Positions 10,671 to 23,954 are shown, counted from the stretch's first letter. The stretch: DNA of 64,000 nucleotides from Pseudomonadota bacterium (GCA_049324495.1 JBMOOP010000058.1:65275-129274); one strand, 5' to 3'. Notes: generated from the letters alone by a model not told the origin. Numbers and translations: made by a program.

Positions 10671-11705
10671 TCAAACGATCTCCCTGCCGGTGCCCGGCAG
10701 GGCCTTCCTGCCGGCAATCCGCAGCAGCAGCGTGGTCATCGCGTCCCATGCCGAGCCGGGCGCTTGCCCCTTGTTGGTTTTTTCGATTTTTGCACAATCG
10801 GCGAGCAGGGCGCGCAGCGCAGGAACGCGCAGGCGTTTGAGTGCCGGTGCCAGTACCTGCTGGCGATTGCCCCAGACGCCGGCGGCTTGCAGTGCCGACT
10901 GTTCGCTGCGACCTGCAGCAATCTGTTCGGCGGCGAGCAGCAGCCAGCGCACGTCGCGTTGCACCAGCCAGAGCAGCGGCACGGTTGATTCACCTTCTTC
11001 GCGCAATCCGGCGAGCATGCGCAGCGCGCGCACTGCATCGCCGGCGAGCGCGGCATCGACGACACCCTGCATCTCATAGCGCGCATTGTCGGCGATGACG
11101 GCGGCGAGTGCGGCGGCGTCAAGCTTGCCCCTGCCGAACAACAGCGCAATGCGGTCGACTTCCTGTCGGGCGGCCAGCAGGTTGCCTTCGACGCGGTCGG
11201 CGAGTAATTCCAGCGCGGCCGGATCGGCCTCCACGCCCTGTGCGGCAAGCCGCTTGCGGAGCCAGGGTGACAGATGTGCGCGTTCGACGGGCCATACCTG
11301 CACGATGGCGCCGGCCTGGTCGATGGCGCCAACCCAGGGTGCCGAGAGTTGTTTCTTGTCCAGGGCGCCGGCCGTGATCAGCAGTGCGGTGTCGTCGCCG
11401 GCCCGTGTGCACCAATCGGTGATTGCCTGCTGGCCGTCGCTCGACGGTACGCGATCAAGACGCAGTTCAATTAGGCGGCGGTCGCCGAACAGCGACATGC
11501 TGCCGGCGGCCTGACGCAACCGGTTCCAGTCGAAACTGCCTTCGACATGGAACACTTCGCGCTCGCTGCAGCCGGCACGCTGCGCCGCTGCACGGATGCG
11601 GTCGGCAGCTTCGAGTGCGAGCAGCGGCTCTTCGCCGCAGACGAGCCATGCCGGCAGCAGTTTGCCGGTGAGTTGGGCGTCAAGTTGCTCAGGGCGCAGG
11701 CGCAT
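10671..11705 (-). CDS. holA: DNA polymerase III delta subunit HolA
   Basis: ATG 11705 (MRLRPEQLDAQLTGKLLPAWLVCGEEPLLALEAADRIR...) overlaps the lptE stop. The lptE-holA order is conserved. Confidence 0.9.
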   Translation of the reverse strand: MRLRPEQLDAQLTGKLLPAWLVCGEEPLLALEAADRIRAAAQRAGCSEREVFHVEGSFDWNRLRQAAGSMSLFGDRRLIELRLDRVPSSDGQQAITDWCTRAGDDTALLITAGALDKKQLSAPWVGAIDQAGAIVQVWPVERAHLSPWLRKRLAAQGVEADPAALELLADRVEGNLLAARQEVDRIALLFGRGKLDAAALAAVIADNARYEMQGVVDAALAGDAVRALRMLAGLREEGESTVPLLWLVQRDVRWLLLAAEQIAAGRSEQSALQAAGVWGNRQQVLAPALKRLRVPALRALLADCAKIEKTNKGQAPGSAWDAMTTLLLRIAGRKALPGTGREIV

Positions 11706-12258
11706 CGGTGGCGGCCGGCAGCACTGCCGCTCGATGATTGAGGCTGCGCCGGTATTGGCGAATGATTTGCCCGACAGCATCACGGCGCAGATCGCGGTAC
11801 AGCATCGCTTCTTCCTCGGCTGAGCCCATTGCCGCGTCTTCATGATAGCGATAGCTGCGGTCGATTTTGATGGTGGTGGCCGGCACCAGCGCGCTGCCGT
11901 CGGCCGCGCTGATGCGAAACTCGAGCGCGTAATCGATCTGGTATTCGGCGGCGCTGGCATTGGCGGCGATGCTGGCGATGCTGCGGCGCAGAGTTTCGTT
12001 CAGCAACTCCACGGTGGCGGGCGCGCCGTCGGTAACGACGAAGCCGTTGCCGGTAAAGGCCGTGACGGTGGTGCGCTGCAGGCCGTCATGGCCGTCAGAC
12101 TCCCAGGCGCTGTCCGAGGCTTTACTGATGTCGCGTACATTCACAACGCGCATCTCGTCGGCGATCTCGATTTTCCCGCGCAGATGGAAACCGCAACCGA
12201 CGAGCAGGAAGGCGGTGACCAGGGCGAGGGTTGATTCGAGGGTGAGAACGCGGCGCAT
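11689..12258 (-). CDS. lptE: LPS-assembly lipoprotein LptE
   Basis: 189-aa ORF with a lipobox (LLVGC, followed by GFHLRG), immediately downstream of leuS as in most proteobacteria. Confidence 0.9.
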   Translation of the reverse strand: MRRVLTLESTLALVTAFLLVGCGFHLRGKIEIADEMRVVNVRDISKASDSAWESDGHDGLQRTTVTAFTGNGFVVTDGAPATVELLNETLRRSIASIAANASAAEYQIDYALEFRISAADGSALVPATTIKIDRSYRYHEDAAMGSAEEEAMLYRDLRRDAVGQIIRQYRRSLNHRAAVLPAATDAPAP

Positions 12259-12260
12259 TG

Positions 12261-14984
<2,724 letters not shown>

Positions 14985-15091
14985 TCACGCAGGCTTCAGG
15001 AAGTTGCCAAGGATACCCGAGCGCCGGTATCGGCCGGTAGCGTGGATTGCTTATGATCGGCCGGCAGCCACAGGCTTGGGCGGGGGAATTC

Positions 15092-15493
15092 ATGACGCAC
15101 GACAGCAATACCGGGGAAGACGGGCAACTGCTCAACTGGCTGAAGGACGAGTTGTCGCTGGTGTCCGCCTATCTGGGCGATACCGCGAGGGCAGACCTGC
15201 AGCGTGTGCGGCAGGCAATGTCTGAAGTGCGGCGTGCGGTTGGCGATTGGCTGCTGCTTGATGGTGAAGCTTTGCGGCGCAAGCTGATCGATGTCGCCGG
15301 GCATGACGAAGCGCCGGGGTTGGTGGCGTTCATGGCGCGGATCGACCCGGAGCGGCCGTTCCTGATGGCCGGCGAGCGGGTGTTGGCGGCGCGGTTCCGC
15401 TGCCTGGTGTGCGGGGCAGAACACGAGACACGCGAGAGCGGTGCGTTGCTGCCCTGCACGCAGTGCGGGGGTGAGTTCTACCAGCAGGCCTGA
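15092..15493 (+). CDS. Zinc-ribbon protein, YbeL/DUF1451-like
   Basis: The C-terminus carries two CxxC pairs (CLVCGAEH...CTQCGGEF). It sits between leuS and lnt, where E. coli carries ybeL. ATG 15092 is preceded by GGGGGA. Confidence 0.65.
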   Translation: MTHDSNTGEDGQLLNWLKDELSLVSAYLGDTARADLQRVRQAMSEVRRAVGDWLLLDGEALRRKLIDVAGHDEAPGLVAFMARIDPERPFLMAGERVLAARFRCLVCGAEHETRESGALLPCTQCGGEFYQQA

Positions 15494-15497
15494 GGTT

Positions 15498-17024
15498 TTA
15501 TGGCAGACGGCGCCGCCGCCAGGCCCGCAGTACGACGAGCAACCCCGCACCGAGCACCGGCCACTGGCCGACAATCATGAACGGTGTCGCGCCATGCATG
15601 GCCGTGACCTCGCCGCGCAGGACGGTGCGGGTGAACTGCGGCGCCGCGCTCACCACCTTGCCTTGCGGCCCGATGATGCCGGTGATGCCAGTGTTGGTGC
15701 CGCGTACCAGATAGCGGCCGGTTTCCAGCGCGCGCATTCGCGCCATTTCGACGTGTTGATGCGGCATATGGCTGGCGCCGAACCAGGCGTCGTTGCTGAC
15801 CGTGAGCAGCACGTCGGCGTTGACAGCATGACGGCGCACGTAGTCGGCATAGACGATCTCGTAGCACAGGAACGTCGCCAGCCGGGCGTTACCGGCGCGC
15901 AGCGGCGGTTGCGCGTCGTCGCCCGGCGAAAAACCTTCGAGCGGCACCTGCGGCATGTTGAAAAATGGTGCGATGGCGCGGAAAAACGGTGCCAGCGGCA
16001 CAAACTCGCCGAACGGCACCAGATTCACCTTGTGGTATATGGCTGGCGCTGCGCCGAGCGACAGCACGGAATTGTGGAATACGTAGGCGCCATCGTTCCG
16101 CTCAACATGAGGCATGCCGGTGATGAGCGTGCTGTGCGTGGTCTGTGCGCGCAGTTGCAACTGATCGAGCAGCTCCCGCGCTTCGTGCACATACATCGGC
16201 ACAGCGGCTTCCGGCCAGACGATGAGGTCGCGGCCCCACTCGGTCTCGGTCAGGCTGGTGTAGATATCGATGGTCGGCTGCTGCATTTCCAGCAACCATT
16301 TCATGTCTTGCGGAATATTGCCCTGCACGAGGCTGAGGGCCAGTGGTTTGCCGAACGGCGTTGTCCAGCGCGCCTGCGTGAGAGCCCAGCCGCCGGCGCC
16401 AATGGCGAGCATTGCGCACAACGCGACGATGCGCGCGCGTTGCGTGCCACGCACGACATCGATGCCGAGCACCGCAAGGCCGACCGCCAGCGTACTCACC
16501 AGCAGCACGCCGCCCAGCGGTGCCCAGCCGGCGAGCGGTGTATCGATGAAGGCGTAGCCCTGATATAGCCACGGAAAGCCGGTAAACAGCCAACTGCGCA
16601 CCCATTCCGCCAATACCCACAGGGCGACGAACAGTGCCGGCCTGAGCACGCCGCGTGCGAGGTATGCGTAGAGTGCCGTCCACCAGGCGAAAAAAATCAG
16701 TGCCAGGAAAAGTGCGAACAGCAGGGTAAGAAAAACGGCAACGCCGATGGGTGTGTAGCCATAGACATGGATCGACACGTACACCCAGCTGACGCCGGCA
16801 AGCCAAAACCCGAAGCCGAACCAGGTGCCGCGCGCAAAAGCGGTTCTTGCATCAAGGTTGCGCAACAGCAGATAGAGCGCAAGCGGCGAGATGATGGCGA
16901 GCGGCCAGTAGCCAAAGGGCGCGAAAGCCAGGGTGTTGGCGGCACCGGCCAGCGCGGCCAGCAGACTCACCAGGCCGGGGGTGAGGCAGGCAATCAGGGT
17001 TTTCAGCCGGGCTGTACCGTTCAC
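15498..17024 (-). CDS. lnt: Apolipoprotein N-acyltransferase Lnt
   Basis: 508 aa, with an N-terminal polytopic membrane region and a C-terminal nitrilase-type domain (WPEAAVP..., LCYEIVY). Conserved corC-lnt linkage. Confidence 0.94.
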   Translation of the reverse strand: MNGTARLKTLIACLTPGLVSLLAALAGAANTLAFAPFGYWPLAIISPLALYLLLRNLDARTAFARGTWFGFGFWLAGVSWVYVSIHVYGYTPIGVAVFLTLLFALFLALIFFAWWTALYAYLARGVLRPALFVALWVLAEWVRSWLFTGFPWLYQGYAFIDTPLAGWAPLGGVLLVSTLAVGLAVLGIDVVRGTQRARIVALCAMLAIGAGGWALTQARWTTPFGKPLALSLVQGNIPQDMKWLLEMQQPTIDIYTSLTETEWGRDLIVWPEAAVPMYVHEARELLDQLQLRAQTTHSTLITGMPHVERNDGAYVFHNSVLSLGAAPAIYHKVNLVPFGEFVPLAPFFRAIAPFFNMPQVPLEGFSPGDDAQPPLRAGNARLATFLCYEIVYADYVRRHAVNADVLLTVSNDAWFGASHMPHQHVEMARMRALETGRYLVRGTNTGITGIIGPQGKVVSAAPQFTRTVLRGEVTAMHGATPFMIVGQWPVLGAGLLVVLRAWRRRRLP

Positions 17025-17863
17025 GCGCTGCGCGTCACTTGTAGCAGCCGCACGCTGCGGTTGTCGGCGTTGAGTACCTTGAAGGTGAGATCGCCCATGG
17101 TCACGGACTCGTCGCGCGCCGGCAGGTGGCCGAACCGGGCAATCACCACACCACCGATGGTATCGGAATCCTCATCAGGAAAAGCCGAACCAAAATAACC
17201 GTTGAATTCTTCGATTGGCACCTGGGCCTTCACCACCCATTGGTCCCTGCCAATCGGATCCTTGCCGAGTTCCTTGATGTTGTATTCGTCTTCGTCGACG
17301 TCGTGTTCATCCTCGATCTCGCCGACGATTTGCTCAAGCACGTCCTCGATGGTGACGAGTCCGGCAATGCCGCCGTATTCGTTGATCACCACGGCCATGT
17401 GGCTGCGCTTCTGGCGAAAGTCGCGCAGCAGCACGTCGAGGCGCCGGCTTTCCGGCACGAACATGGGCGGGCGCAGAAAATCCTTGATTGCAAAGTGCTC
17501 GAGGCGGTTTTCGAAGCAGGCAGCGAGCAGATCTTTGGCGAGCAGGATGCCGAGCACGGTGTCGTCCTCGTCGTCATCAATCACCGGGAAGCGCGAGTGC
17601 GCCGACTCAATGATCAGCGGCAGGAATTCTTTCGGGTTCTGGCCTGCTTTCACGAATACGATTTGTGCGCGAGGAATCATCGCCTCCCGCACCGGCATGT
17701 CGGCGATGGTGAGCGCACCCTCGATGATGCCGAGCGCCTCGGCGCCGAACAGGCCGCGTTTGTGGCAGGCGCGCACCAGATCGACGAGGTCGTCGCGGTC
17801 ACGGGGTTCGCCGGTGATGAAGTCGGCGAGGCGGTCGAGCCAGGATCTGGTTTCTTCACTCAT
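17021..17863 (-). CDS. corC: CorC/YbeX family Mg/Co efflux-associated protein (CBS pair + CorC_HlyC)
   Basis: ATG 17863 (MSEETRSWLDRLADFITGEPRDRDDL...). The upstream part of ORF 17021..18214 overlaps ybeY in another frame and was discarded. Confidence 0.9.
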   Translation of the reverse strand: MSEETRSWLDRLADFITGEPRDRDDLVDLVRACHKRGLFGAEALGIIEGALTIADMPVREAMIPRAQIVFVKAGQNPKEFLPLIIESAHSRFPVIDDDEDDTVLGILLAKDLLAACFENRLEHFAIKDFLRPPMFVPESRRLDVLLRDFRQKRSHMAVVINEYGGIAGLVTIEDVLEQIVGEIEDEHDVDEDEYNIKELGKDPIGRDQWVVKAQVPIEEFNGYFGSAFPDEDSDTIGGVVIARFGHLPARDESVTMGDLTFKVLNADNRSVRLLQVTRSA

Positions 17864-17915
17864 GGTCAGTTTCTCGTAGGCCCGCTCAGGGCAGGCTGTC
17901 CGGCTGCAGCCGGAC

Positions 17916-18419
17916 CTACGGTTCCTCCGTGCGATAGGGGTTGGGGTAACCGAGCGATGCCAGTACGGCAATTTCCACGCCTTCCATGACGGCGGCGTGG
18001 TGCCGGGTGTGATGGTCCAGGCCGAGCAGGTGCAGTACGCCGTGAACGGTGAGGTGCGCCCAGTGCGCGTCGGTCGTCTTGCCTTGAGCCTTTGCCTCGC
18101 GCGCCACGGTTTGCGCGCACAGCACGATGTCGCCGAGTACACGCACCGGCAGCACGACATCGTTGGGCATTGAGAACGGGAACGAGAGCACGTTGGTGGC
18201 GTAGTCCTTGCCACGGTATGTGCGGTTGAGCGTGCGCATTTCCGTCGGGCCGACCACGCGCAGCGTCAGCTCGGACGCCCCGCTGACCCGCTCGGCAAGC
18301 GCGGCGACGATCCATGTCACGAATGTTCGGCGCGACGGCACGTGCGCGGCGCGGCTGCGCAGCTGCAGGTCGAGCGCGGGTGCCGGGTGCTTACCGGCGG
18401 TTCGGGTGCGCATCGTCAT
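17916..18419 (-). CDS. ybeY: rRNA maturation endoribonuclease YbeY
   Basis: Zinc motif HLTVHGVLHLLGLDH. The start is taken at ATG 18419 (MTMRTRT), overlapping the end of ybeZ; ATG 18413 is an alternative. Confidence 0.9.
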   Translation of the reverse strand: MTMRTRTAGKHPAPALDLQLRSRAAHVPSRRTFVTWIVAALAERVSGASELTLRVVGPTEMRTLNRTYRGKDYATNVLSFPFSMPNDVVLPVRVLGDIVLCAQTVAREAKAQGKTTDAHWAHLTVHGVLHLLGLDHHTRHHAAVMEGVEIAVLASLGYPNPYRTEEP

Positions 18420-19395
18420 GGCGTTCGTAGGCTTCGACAATACGTTGTACGAGAACATGGCGGACCACATCGCGCGATTCGAAATGCGTGAAGGCAATGC
18501 CTTGCACACCGGCAAGCACCTGCGCGGCGTGGATGAGGCCGGAGTCGGTGCCTTTGGGCAGATCGATCTGGGTGACATCGCCGGTGATGACCGCCTTCGA
18601 GCCGAAGCCGATGCGCGTCAGCAACATTTTCATCTGCTCGCGGGTGGTGTTTTGCGATTCGTCGAGGATGATGAAACTGTTGTTGAGTGTGCGGCCGCGC
18701 ATGTAGGCCAGTGGTGCGACTTCGATTACCTGCCGGTCGAGCAGTTTCGCGACACGCTCGAAACCGAGCATCTCGTAGAGCGCGTCGTACAGCGGCCGCA
18801 GGTACGGGTTGATTTTTTCGGACAGGTCGCCAGGCAGGAAGCCGAGTTTCTCGCCGGCCTCCACCGCCGGGCGCACCAGTAAAATGCGGCGCACTTCGTC
18901 GCGCTCCAGCGAATCGACTGCGGCCGCTACCGCCAGATAGGTCTTGCCGGTGCCGGCCGGGCCGATCCCGAAACTGATGTCGTGACCGAGGATGCGCTCC
19001 ACATACCGCACCTGATTCTCGCCGCGCGGACGGATCCAGCCGCGCCGGGTACGCAGCACCACGCGATCCTCGCCCGCGATCGGTCGGCGTACGCTGGATT
19101 CCTGCAACCGCAGATGCACGTCGTCGGGGCCGAGCTCACCGTCGGCGGCCTGGTCGTACAGGCGCTCCAGCAGGTTCGAGGCGATGCGCACGGCGGCGGC
19201 CTCGCCGGACAGCGTGAATTCATTGCCACGGTTGTGGATATCGACGCCGAGGCGCTGTTCGATCTGGCGCAGGTGCTCGTCGAGTCGGCCACAAAGAACC
19301 GCCAGGCGGCGGGCGTCGTAGGGCTCGAGGGTGAGGCTGGCGGTCTGGGGGCTACTGTCCAAAAGGGTCGGGGTACCGCCGGGGCGGTCGTGCAT
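18391..19395 (-). CDS. ybeZ: PhoH-like ATPase YbeZ
   Basis: Walker A motif GPAGTGKTYLA, PhoH-family sequence throughout, and the conserved miaB-ybeZ-ybeY-corC-lnt order. Confidence 0.93.
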   Translation of the reverse strand: MHDRPGGTPTLLDSSPQTASLTLEPYDARRLAVLCGRLDEHLRQIEQRLGVDIHNRGNEFTLSGEAAAVRIASNLLERLYDQAADGELGPDDVHLRLQESSVRRPIAGEDRVVLRTRRGWIRPRGENQVRYVERILGHDISFGIGPAGTGKTYLAVAAAVDSLERDEVRRILLVRPAVEAGEKLGFLPGDLSEKINPYLRPLYDALYEMLGFERVAKLLDRQVIEVAPLAYMRGRTLNNSFIILDESQNTTREQMKMLLTRIGFGSKAVITGDVTQIDLPKGTDSGLIHAAQVLAGVQGIAFTHFESRDVVRHVLVQRIVEAYERHDDAHPNRR

Positions 19396-19484
19396 CGGAC
19401 GGTCATGGTAGCGGGCGGGGGGCAGAGGTGCCAGCTTGACGGGGCCGCCAGGATGGTGGCCGGACCCCGGCCCAGGCCGGGCGG

Positions 19485-20819
19485 TCAGACCAGCCGGGGT
19501 CCGGTGCCGCGCAGCGAGTTGGGCATCGCCTCGGTGATGAGCAACTCGACGAACTGGCCGATCAGCAGATCGTCGGTGCTGGCGAAATTCACCACCCGGT
19601 TGTTCTCGGTGCGGCCGCGCAACTGGCCGGGGTCTTTGCGCGAGATACCCTCGACCAGAATGATCTGCCGGGTGCCGACCATGCGCCGGCTGATCTGCTG
19701 CGCCTGCTGAATGATGCGTTCCTGGAGGATGGCGAGGCGCCGCTTTTTCGTGTCGGCATCGACGGGGTCGTCGAGATCGGCTGCCGGCGTTCCTGGGCGC
19801 GGGCTGTAGATGAAGCTGTAACTGATGTCGAAGCCGACTTCGGCGATCAGATTCATCGTGGCGATGAAATCGTCGTCGGTCTCGCCGGGAAAACCGACGA
19901 TGAAATCCGAACTCAGTGCGATGCCCGGCTTGGCGATTTTCAGTTTGCGGATGATGTCCAGGTAATCCGCCACGACATGATTGCGCTTCATTGCCGCGAG
20001 AATGCGATCGGAGCCGCTCTGCACCGGCAGGTGCAACTGGGCAACCAGTTTCGGCAAATCGCGGTGTGCTTCAATCAGCGCGTCGGTAAATTCGAGCGGA
20101 TGGCTGGTGGTGTAGCGGATGCGGCCGATGCCATCGAGCGCATGGACCTGATGCAGCAGGGCGGCGAAATCGGCGGTGTGGCCGCGCGCATCCGTCATGC
20201 GCCAGGCATTGACGTTCTGGCCGAGCAGCGTCACTTCCCGTACGCCCAGCGCAGCAAGATGGCGGATTTCCGCGAGAATATCGGCGAGCGGGCGGCTGAC
20301 TTCCGGCCCGCGCGTGTAGGGCACTACGCAGAAGCTGCAGAACTTGTTGCAGCCTTCCATGATGGATACGAAGGCGGTGGCACCCTGGACGCTCGGTTCC
20401 GGCAGGTTGTCGAATTTCTCGATCGCGGGGAACGACACGTCGAGTACCGGAATTTTTTTTGTCTTCGAGGTGGCGATCAGGGCGGGCAGCCGGTGCAGCG
20501 TCTGGGGTCCGAACACCACATCGACATAGGGCGCGCGCTTGCGGATCGCTTCGCCTTCCTGAGATGCGACGCAGCCGCCGACGCCGATCACCAGATCCGG
20601 CTTTTTCTGTTTGAGTGCCTGCCAGCGGCCGAGCGCGCTGAACATTTTTTCCTGCGCCTTTTCGCGCACCGAGCATGTGTTCATCAGCAACACGTCGGCT
20701 TCTGCCGGGTTGTCGGTCATCTCGAGGCCATCGGTGGCCTGGAGCAGATCCGCCATGCGGGCTGAGTCGTATTCGTTCATCTGGCACCCGTGGGTCTCGA
20801 TGAACAGCTTGAGGGCCAT
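19485..20819 (-). CDS. miaB: tRNA-2-methylthio-N6-dimethylallyladenosine synthase MiaB
   Basis: ATG 20819 ([19 protein letters not shown]). It has the radical-SAM cluster motif [15 protein letters not shown] and a C-terminal TRAM domain. Confidence 0.95.
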   Translation of the reverse strand: MALKLFIETHGCQMNEYDSARMADLLQATDGLEMTDNPAEADVLLMNTCSVREKAQEKMFSALGRWQALKQKKPDLVIGVGGCVASQEGEAIRKRAPYVDVVFGPQTLHRLPALIATSKTKKIPVLDVSFPAIEKFDNLPEPSVQGATAFVSIMEGCNKFCSFCVVPYTRGPEVSRPLADILAEIRHLAALGVREVTLLGQNVNAWRMTDARGHTADFAALLHQVHALDGIGRIRYTTSHPLEFTDALIEAHRDLPKLVAQLHLPVQSGSDRILAAMKRNHVVADYLDIIRKLKIAKPGIALSSDFIVGFPGETDDDFIATMNLIAEVGFDISYSFIYSPRPGTPAADLDDPVDADTKKRRLAILQERIIQQAQQISRRMVGTRQIILVEGISRKDPGQLRGRTENNRVVNFASTDDLLIGQFVELLITEAMPNSLRGTGPRLV

Positions 20820-21015
20820 GATGTTTCCAGGGTTTTGCGTGAGCCAGGGCAGGTCAACGATATGGGGGGCGATTATATGGCCGGGCATGCGGCCAGCCCA
20901 CCGACAAATTCAGCAGAAACCAACAGGAAAAATTGCGCCGGCTGCCCTGGGCACGGCGTGACCGTCACCCCGGGGGAGGTTATCGTGGTGTTCTTGAATA
21001 CCCCGGGCGGATCCA

Positions 21016-22077
21016 ATGTCAGCACGCTCTTCGCAACAACAGCCCCCCCGCCGCCACACACTGCTTGTCGCGCTTCTGATTCTCGTGGCGGCGTTGGTGG
21101 CGTCGCTGAGTCTGTGGATGACGGCGCCGCCCGCAGCGGCGCCGGCTACCACTGCCGCACCACCGCCACCGGCCAATTCGCTGCCGGTGGTGGCCGGGCT
21201 CGGCGGCGATTTCAGCCTGTCTGCCGCCACCGGTGCCGACGTATCGCTCGCCGGGTTGCGCGGCAAGGTTGTGCTGCTTAATTTCGGTTTTACCCATTGC
21301 CCGGATGTGTGTCCGGCGGTGCTGAGCCGGTTGGGCAACGTGCTGCGCGCGCTGGAGGAACAGGGCGTGGACATGCGCCGCGTGCAGCCTTTGTTCGTGA
21401 CCTTCGATCCGGCGCGCGACACGCTTGAACACCTGCGCGAGTACCTGGCGTTTTTTCATCCGTCGATCATCGGCTTGCGCGGCGACGACGTGCAGACGCG
21501 CGAGATTGCGCGGCGCTACCGGGTGATATACCTCAAGCAGGACAGCGAAGCGGCCAGTGGCTATGTTTTCCAGCACAGCAATTTTGTTTATGTCCTCGAT
21601 ACCTATGGCCGTGTGCGCTTGTTGGTGGGCAGCAAGGATCCGGATGCGGCGTTGAGCGAGGCGGTGAAGCGTCTGCTGGCCGAGGCGCAGGCAGCGCCGG
21701 CCCCTGTTGCGGGCGGCTCAATCCGGATTGTCGATGCCTGGGTACGCGCGGTGCCGGCGGCCTCGGAAACCAGTGCCGGTTATCTGGTCATCCACAATGA
21801 TTCCGCCAGGGACGACGTTCTGATCGGGGCGCGTATCGCTGGTGTGAGCAGCACCGGGATCCATGAAACGGTGGCGGATGGACAGACCATGACGATGCGT
21901 CGCCGCAGCGAGGTCCAGGTGCCGGCGCATGGTCGCGTCACTCTGGCGCCAGGCGGCCTGCATTTGATGCTGAGCGGTCTGTCGCAGCCATTGCAGGCCG
22001 GCGAGCAATTGCGGGGGGTATTGAAATTTCGCGATGCCGGGGAGATTCCGGTATTGTTGGGTGCGCGCGGCTTCTGA
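21016..22077 (+). CDS. Membrane-anchored Sco1/SenC::PCuAC copper-chaperone fusion
   Basis: N-terminal TM helix, a Sco1 thioredoxin-like domain with CPDVC (starting nt 21298), then a C-terminal domain. The C-terminal domain matches the PCuAC motif H-x10-M-x21-H-x-M exactly (HETVADGQTMTM...GGLHLM). Confidence 0.85.
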   Translation: MSARSSQQQPPRRHTLLVALLILVAALVASLSLWMTAPPAAAPATTAAPPPPANSLPVVAGLGGDFSLSAATGADVSLAGLRGKVVLLNFGFTHCPDVCPAVLSRLGNVLRALEEQGVDMRRVQPLFVTFDPARDTLEHLREYLAFFHPSIIGLRGDDVQTREIARRYRVIYLKQDSEAASGYVFQHSNFVYVLDTYGRVRLLVGSKDPDAALSEAVKRLLAEAQAAPAPVAGGSIRIVDAWVRAVPAASETSAGYLVIHNDSARDDVLIGARIAGVSSTGIHETVADGQTMTMRRRSEVQVPAHGRVTLAPGGLHLMLSGLSQPLQAGEQLRGVLKFRDAGEIPVLLGARGF

Positions 22078-22173
22078 CCGGGGCGTGCGGGTAATGGGAA
22101 CGGTGGTGTGTGTTGAAGCGTAGGAAGTGTGTTTGCACGCAGGAATAGAAAAAATAACAAGTGAGGCATAACC

Positions 22174-23508
22174 ATGAGAAAACAACCATTGCGGTATCTG
22201 CTGCTGCTGTCGACGATTGCGCTGCCGGCAGTGACGTTTGCAGAAGTGTCGGAGGAGCAGGTGCAGGCGCTTGAGGCGCGCATCGCCCAACTGGAAACGG
22301 TAAACACTGATTCCGTAGCGTCGCAGGCCAGGGACACCGGAATCAAGATCAACGGTTTTATGTCGGCTGGGGCTACCTACCTTGACGACGATACAGTGGT
22401 CTACGATGCCGGGATGCTCAGTTCGAATGTCAACTGGATCGACTCATCACGCGTTGGTTTGCAGTTCGATATGCCGGTGAACGAGAAAACCAGCGCCCTG
22501 GTGCAGTTGCTTGCGCTGGGCGCCGATGATTTTTCTCCCTATTTGCCGCTCGCTTACATCAGTTACCGGCCAACGCCCCGGGATGAGTTTCGGGCAGGCC
22601 GCGTACGCGCGCCTTTTTTCATGCTCTCGGAATATCTGGACGTCGGATATGTGTACCCCTGGGCCAGGCCGCCCCTGGAGACGTACAGTGCGGTGTTGCC
22701 GATCAATATGGAAGGAATTTCCTGGAGTCACAAATTTATCACCGATGCCTGGGTGCACGATGTTCAGTTTGTTTTCGGGGAAACGAATGTGGATATACCA
22801 GGCCTCTCCGGACATCTTGACGATTTGAGCGGCGTCAATCTGATGAGTACCCACGGCGACTGGCTGCTGCGTGCCGGGTATCTACAGACCACATCGGCCA
22901 ACGCATCAACAGCATCAGGGCCTCTGCAGGCACTCCAGCCGTTCGGTGTGATCGACATGACTGGCGCGGATGCCTCCTTTGGCGGGTTGGGGGTGCAATA
23001 CGACAACGGCTCCCTGCTGGCCAGCGCCGAGTACACCGTGTTGCAGGTGGAAGGCTGGTTCCCGGACAACGACAGCAGCTCTCTCACACTGGGCTACCGT
23101 TTCGGCAAGTTAATGCCTTCGCTGACGTTTGCCGAGTCGCGGGTGACGGACAAGTCCGTGCGCGGACCAAATTCAATGTTTCCGTTACTCTGTGATCAAA
23201 GCACCGGCATGGGGTGCCTGGGTCCGAATCCCGCTTTGCCGGGTACTTACATCCCGTACCCTGCCGACCTCCTCAACAAGGTTTTGGATTCAGAGCAGCA
23301 ATCGGTCACCCTTGGCCTGCGTTATGACTACCTGCCCAATGCCAGCGTCAAATTTGATGTCTCGGCGGTGACCGATACGGGCGAGACGTGGGGCGCGCTC
23401 ACGCCGTTGGATACCAACGGTTTCGGGGGCAGCTTCGACGAGCAGTTGTTCGGTAAACCGGATACGCCAGTCATGGCCTATCGTCTTGTATTTGACGTAG
23501 TCTTTTGA
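22174..23508 (+). CDS. Putative outer-membrane porin with N-terminal coiled coil
   Basis: Signal peptide (LLLLSTIALPAVTFA/EV), then EEQVQALEARIAQLE. The body is rich in G/Y/alternating residues, and the protein ends in ...FDVVF (a terminal aromatic residue, typical of beta-barrel OMPs). Confidence 0.7.
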   Translation: MRKQPLRYLLLLSTIALPAVTFAEVSEEQVQALEARIAQLETVNTDSVASQARDTGIKINGFMSAGATYLDDDTVVYDAGMLSSNVNWIDSSRVGLQFDMPVNEKTSALVQLLALGADDFSPYLPLAYISYRPTPRDEFRAGRVRAPFFMLSEYLDVGYVYPWARPPLETYSAVLPINMEGISWSHKFITDAWVHDVQFVFGETNVDIPGLSGHLDDLSGVNLMSTHGDWLLRAGYLQTTSANASTASGPLQALQPFGVIDMTGADASFGGLGVQYDNGSLLASAEYTVLQVEGWFPDNDSSSLTLGYRFGKLMPSLTFAESRVTDKSVRGPNSMFPLLCDQSTGMGCLGPNPALPGTYIPYPADLLNKVLDSEQQSVTLGLRYDYLPNASVKFDVSAVTDTGETWGALTPLDTNGFGGSFDEQLFGKPDTPVMAYRLVFDVVF

Positions 23509-23522
23509 GTGGGGATGCCAGC

Positions 23523-23954
23523 ATGAAGCTTATCCAGGTCGCAAAAATCGTTGCGTTGTCCACGCTGTGCTTTTCCCCGCTGGCCGGCGCCGGCGTCGCG
23601 GTCATTGTTCATCCTTCGGTATCGACCAATACGCTGATGGCCGAGGCGGTGAAGCAGGTGTTCCTCGGTCGTGCATCTGCCTTGCCCGACGGCACAGCGG
23701 TAGCGCCGGTCGATCAGGCTGAGGGTTCGGCGGTACGCGCCCAGTTCGTTGAACGTGTGCTCGGCAAGAACGAGCAGCAACTGCGCAGTTATTGGGCGCG
23801 GATGATCTTCACCGGCAAGGGCCAGCCGCCGCGCGGCGTGACCAGTGCGGCCGAAATGCTGAAAACGGTGGCGTCGTCACCGGGTTTCATCGGCTATGTG
23901 GATACCAAGGATGTGGTTCCCGGCAAGGTGAAGGTGCTGTACTCGATCGAGTGA
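23523..23954 (+). CDS. Small periplasmic PstS-like (type-2 PBP-fold) protein
   Basis: Signal peptide, then VAVIVHPSVSTNTL...YWARMIFTGKGQPPRGV...GFIGYVD. This resembles the short phosphate-binding-protein-like family. It starts 15 nt after the porin stop. Confidence 0.7.
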   Translation: MKLIQVAKIVALSTLCFSPLAGAGVAVIVHPSVSTNTLMAEAVKQVFLGRASALPDGTAVAPVDQAEGSAVRAQFVERVLGKNEQQLRSYWARMIFTGKGQPPRGVTSAAEMLKTVASSPGFIGYVDTKDVVPGKVKVLYSIE

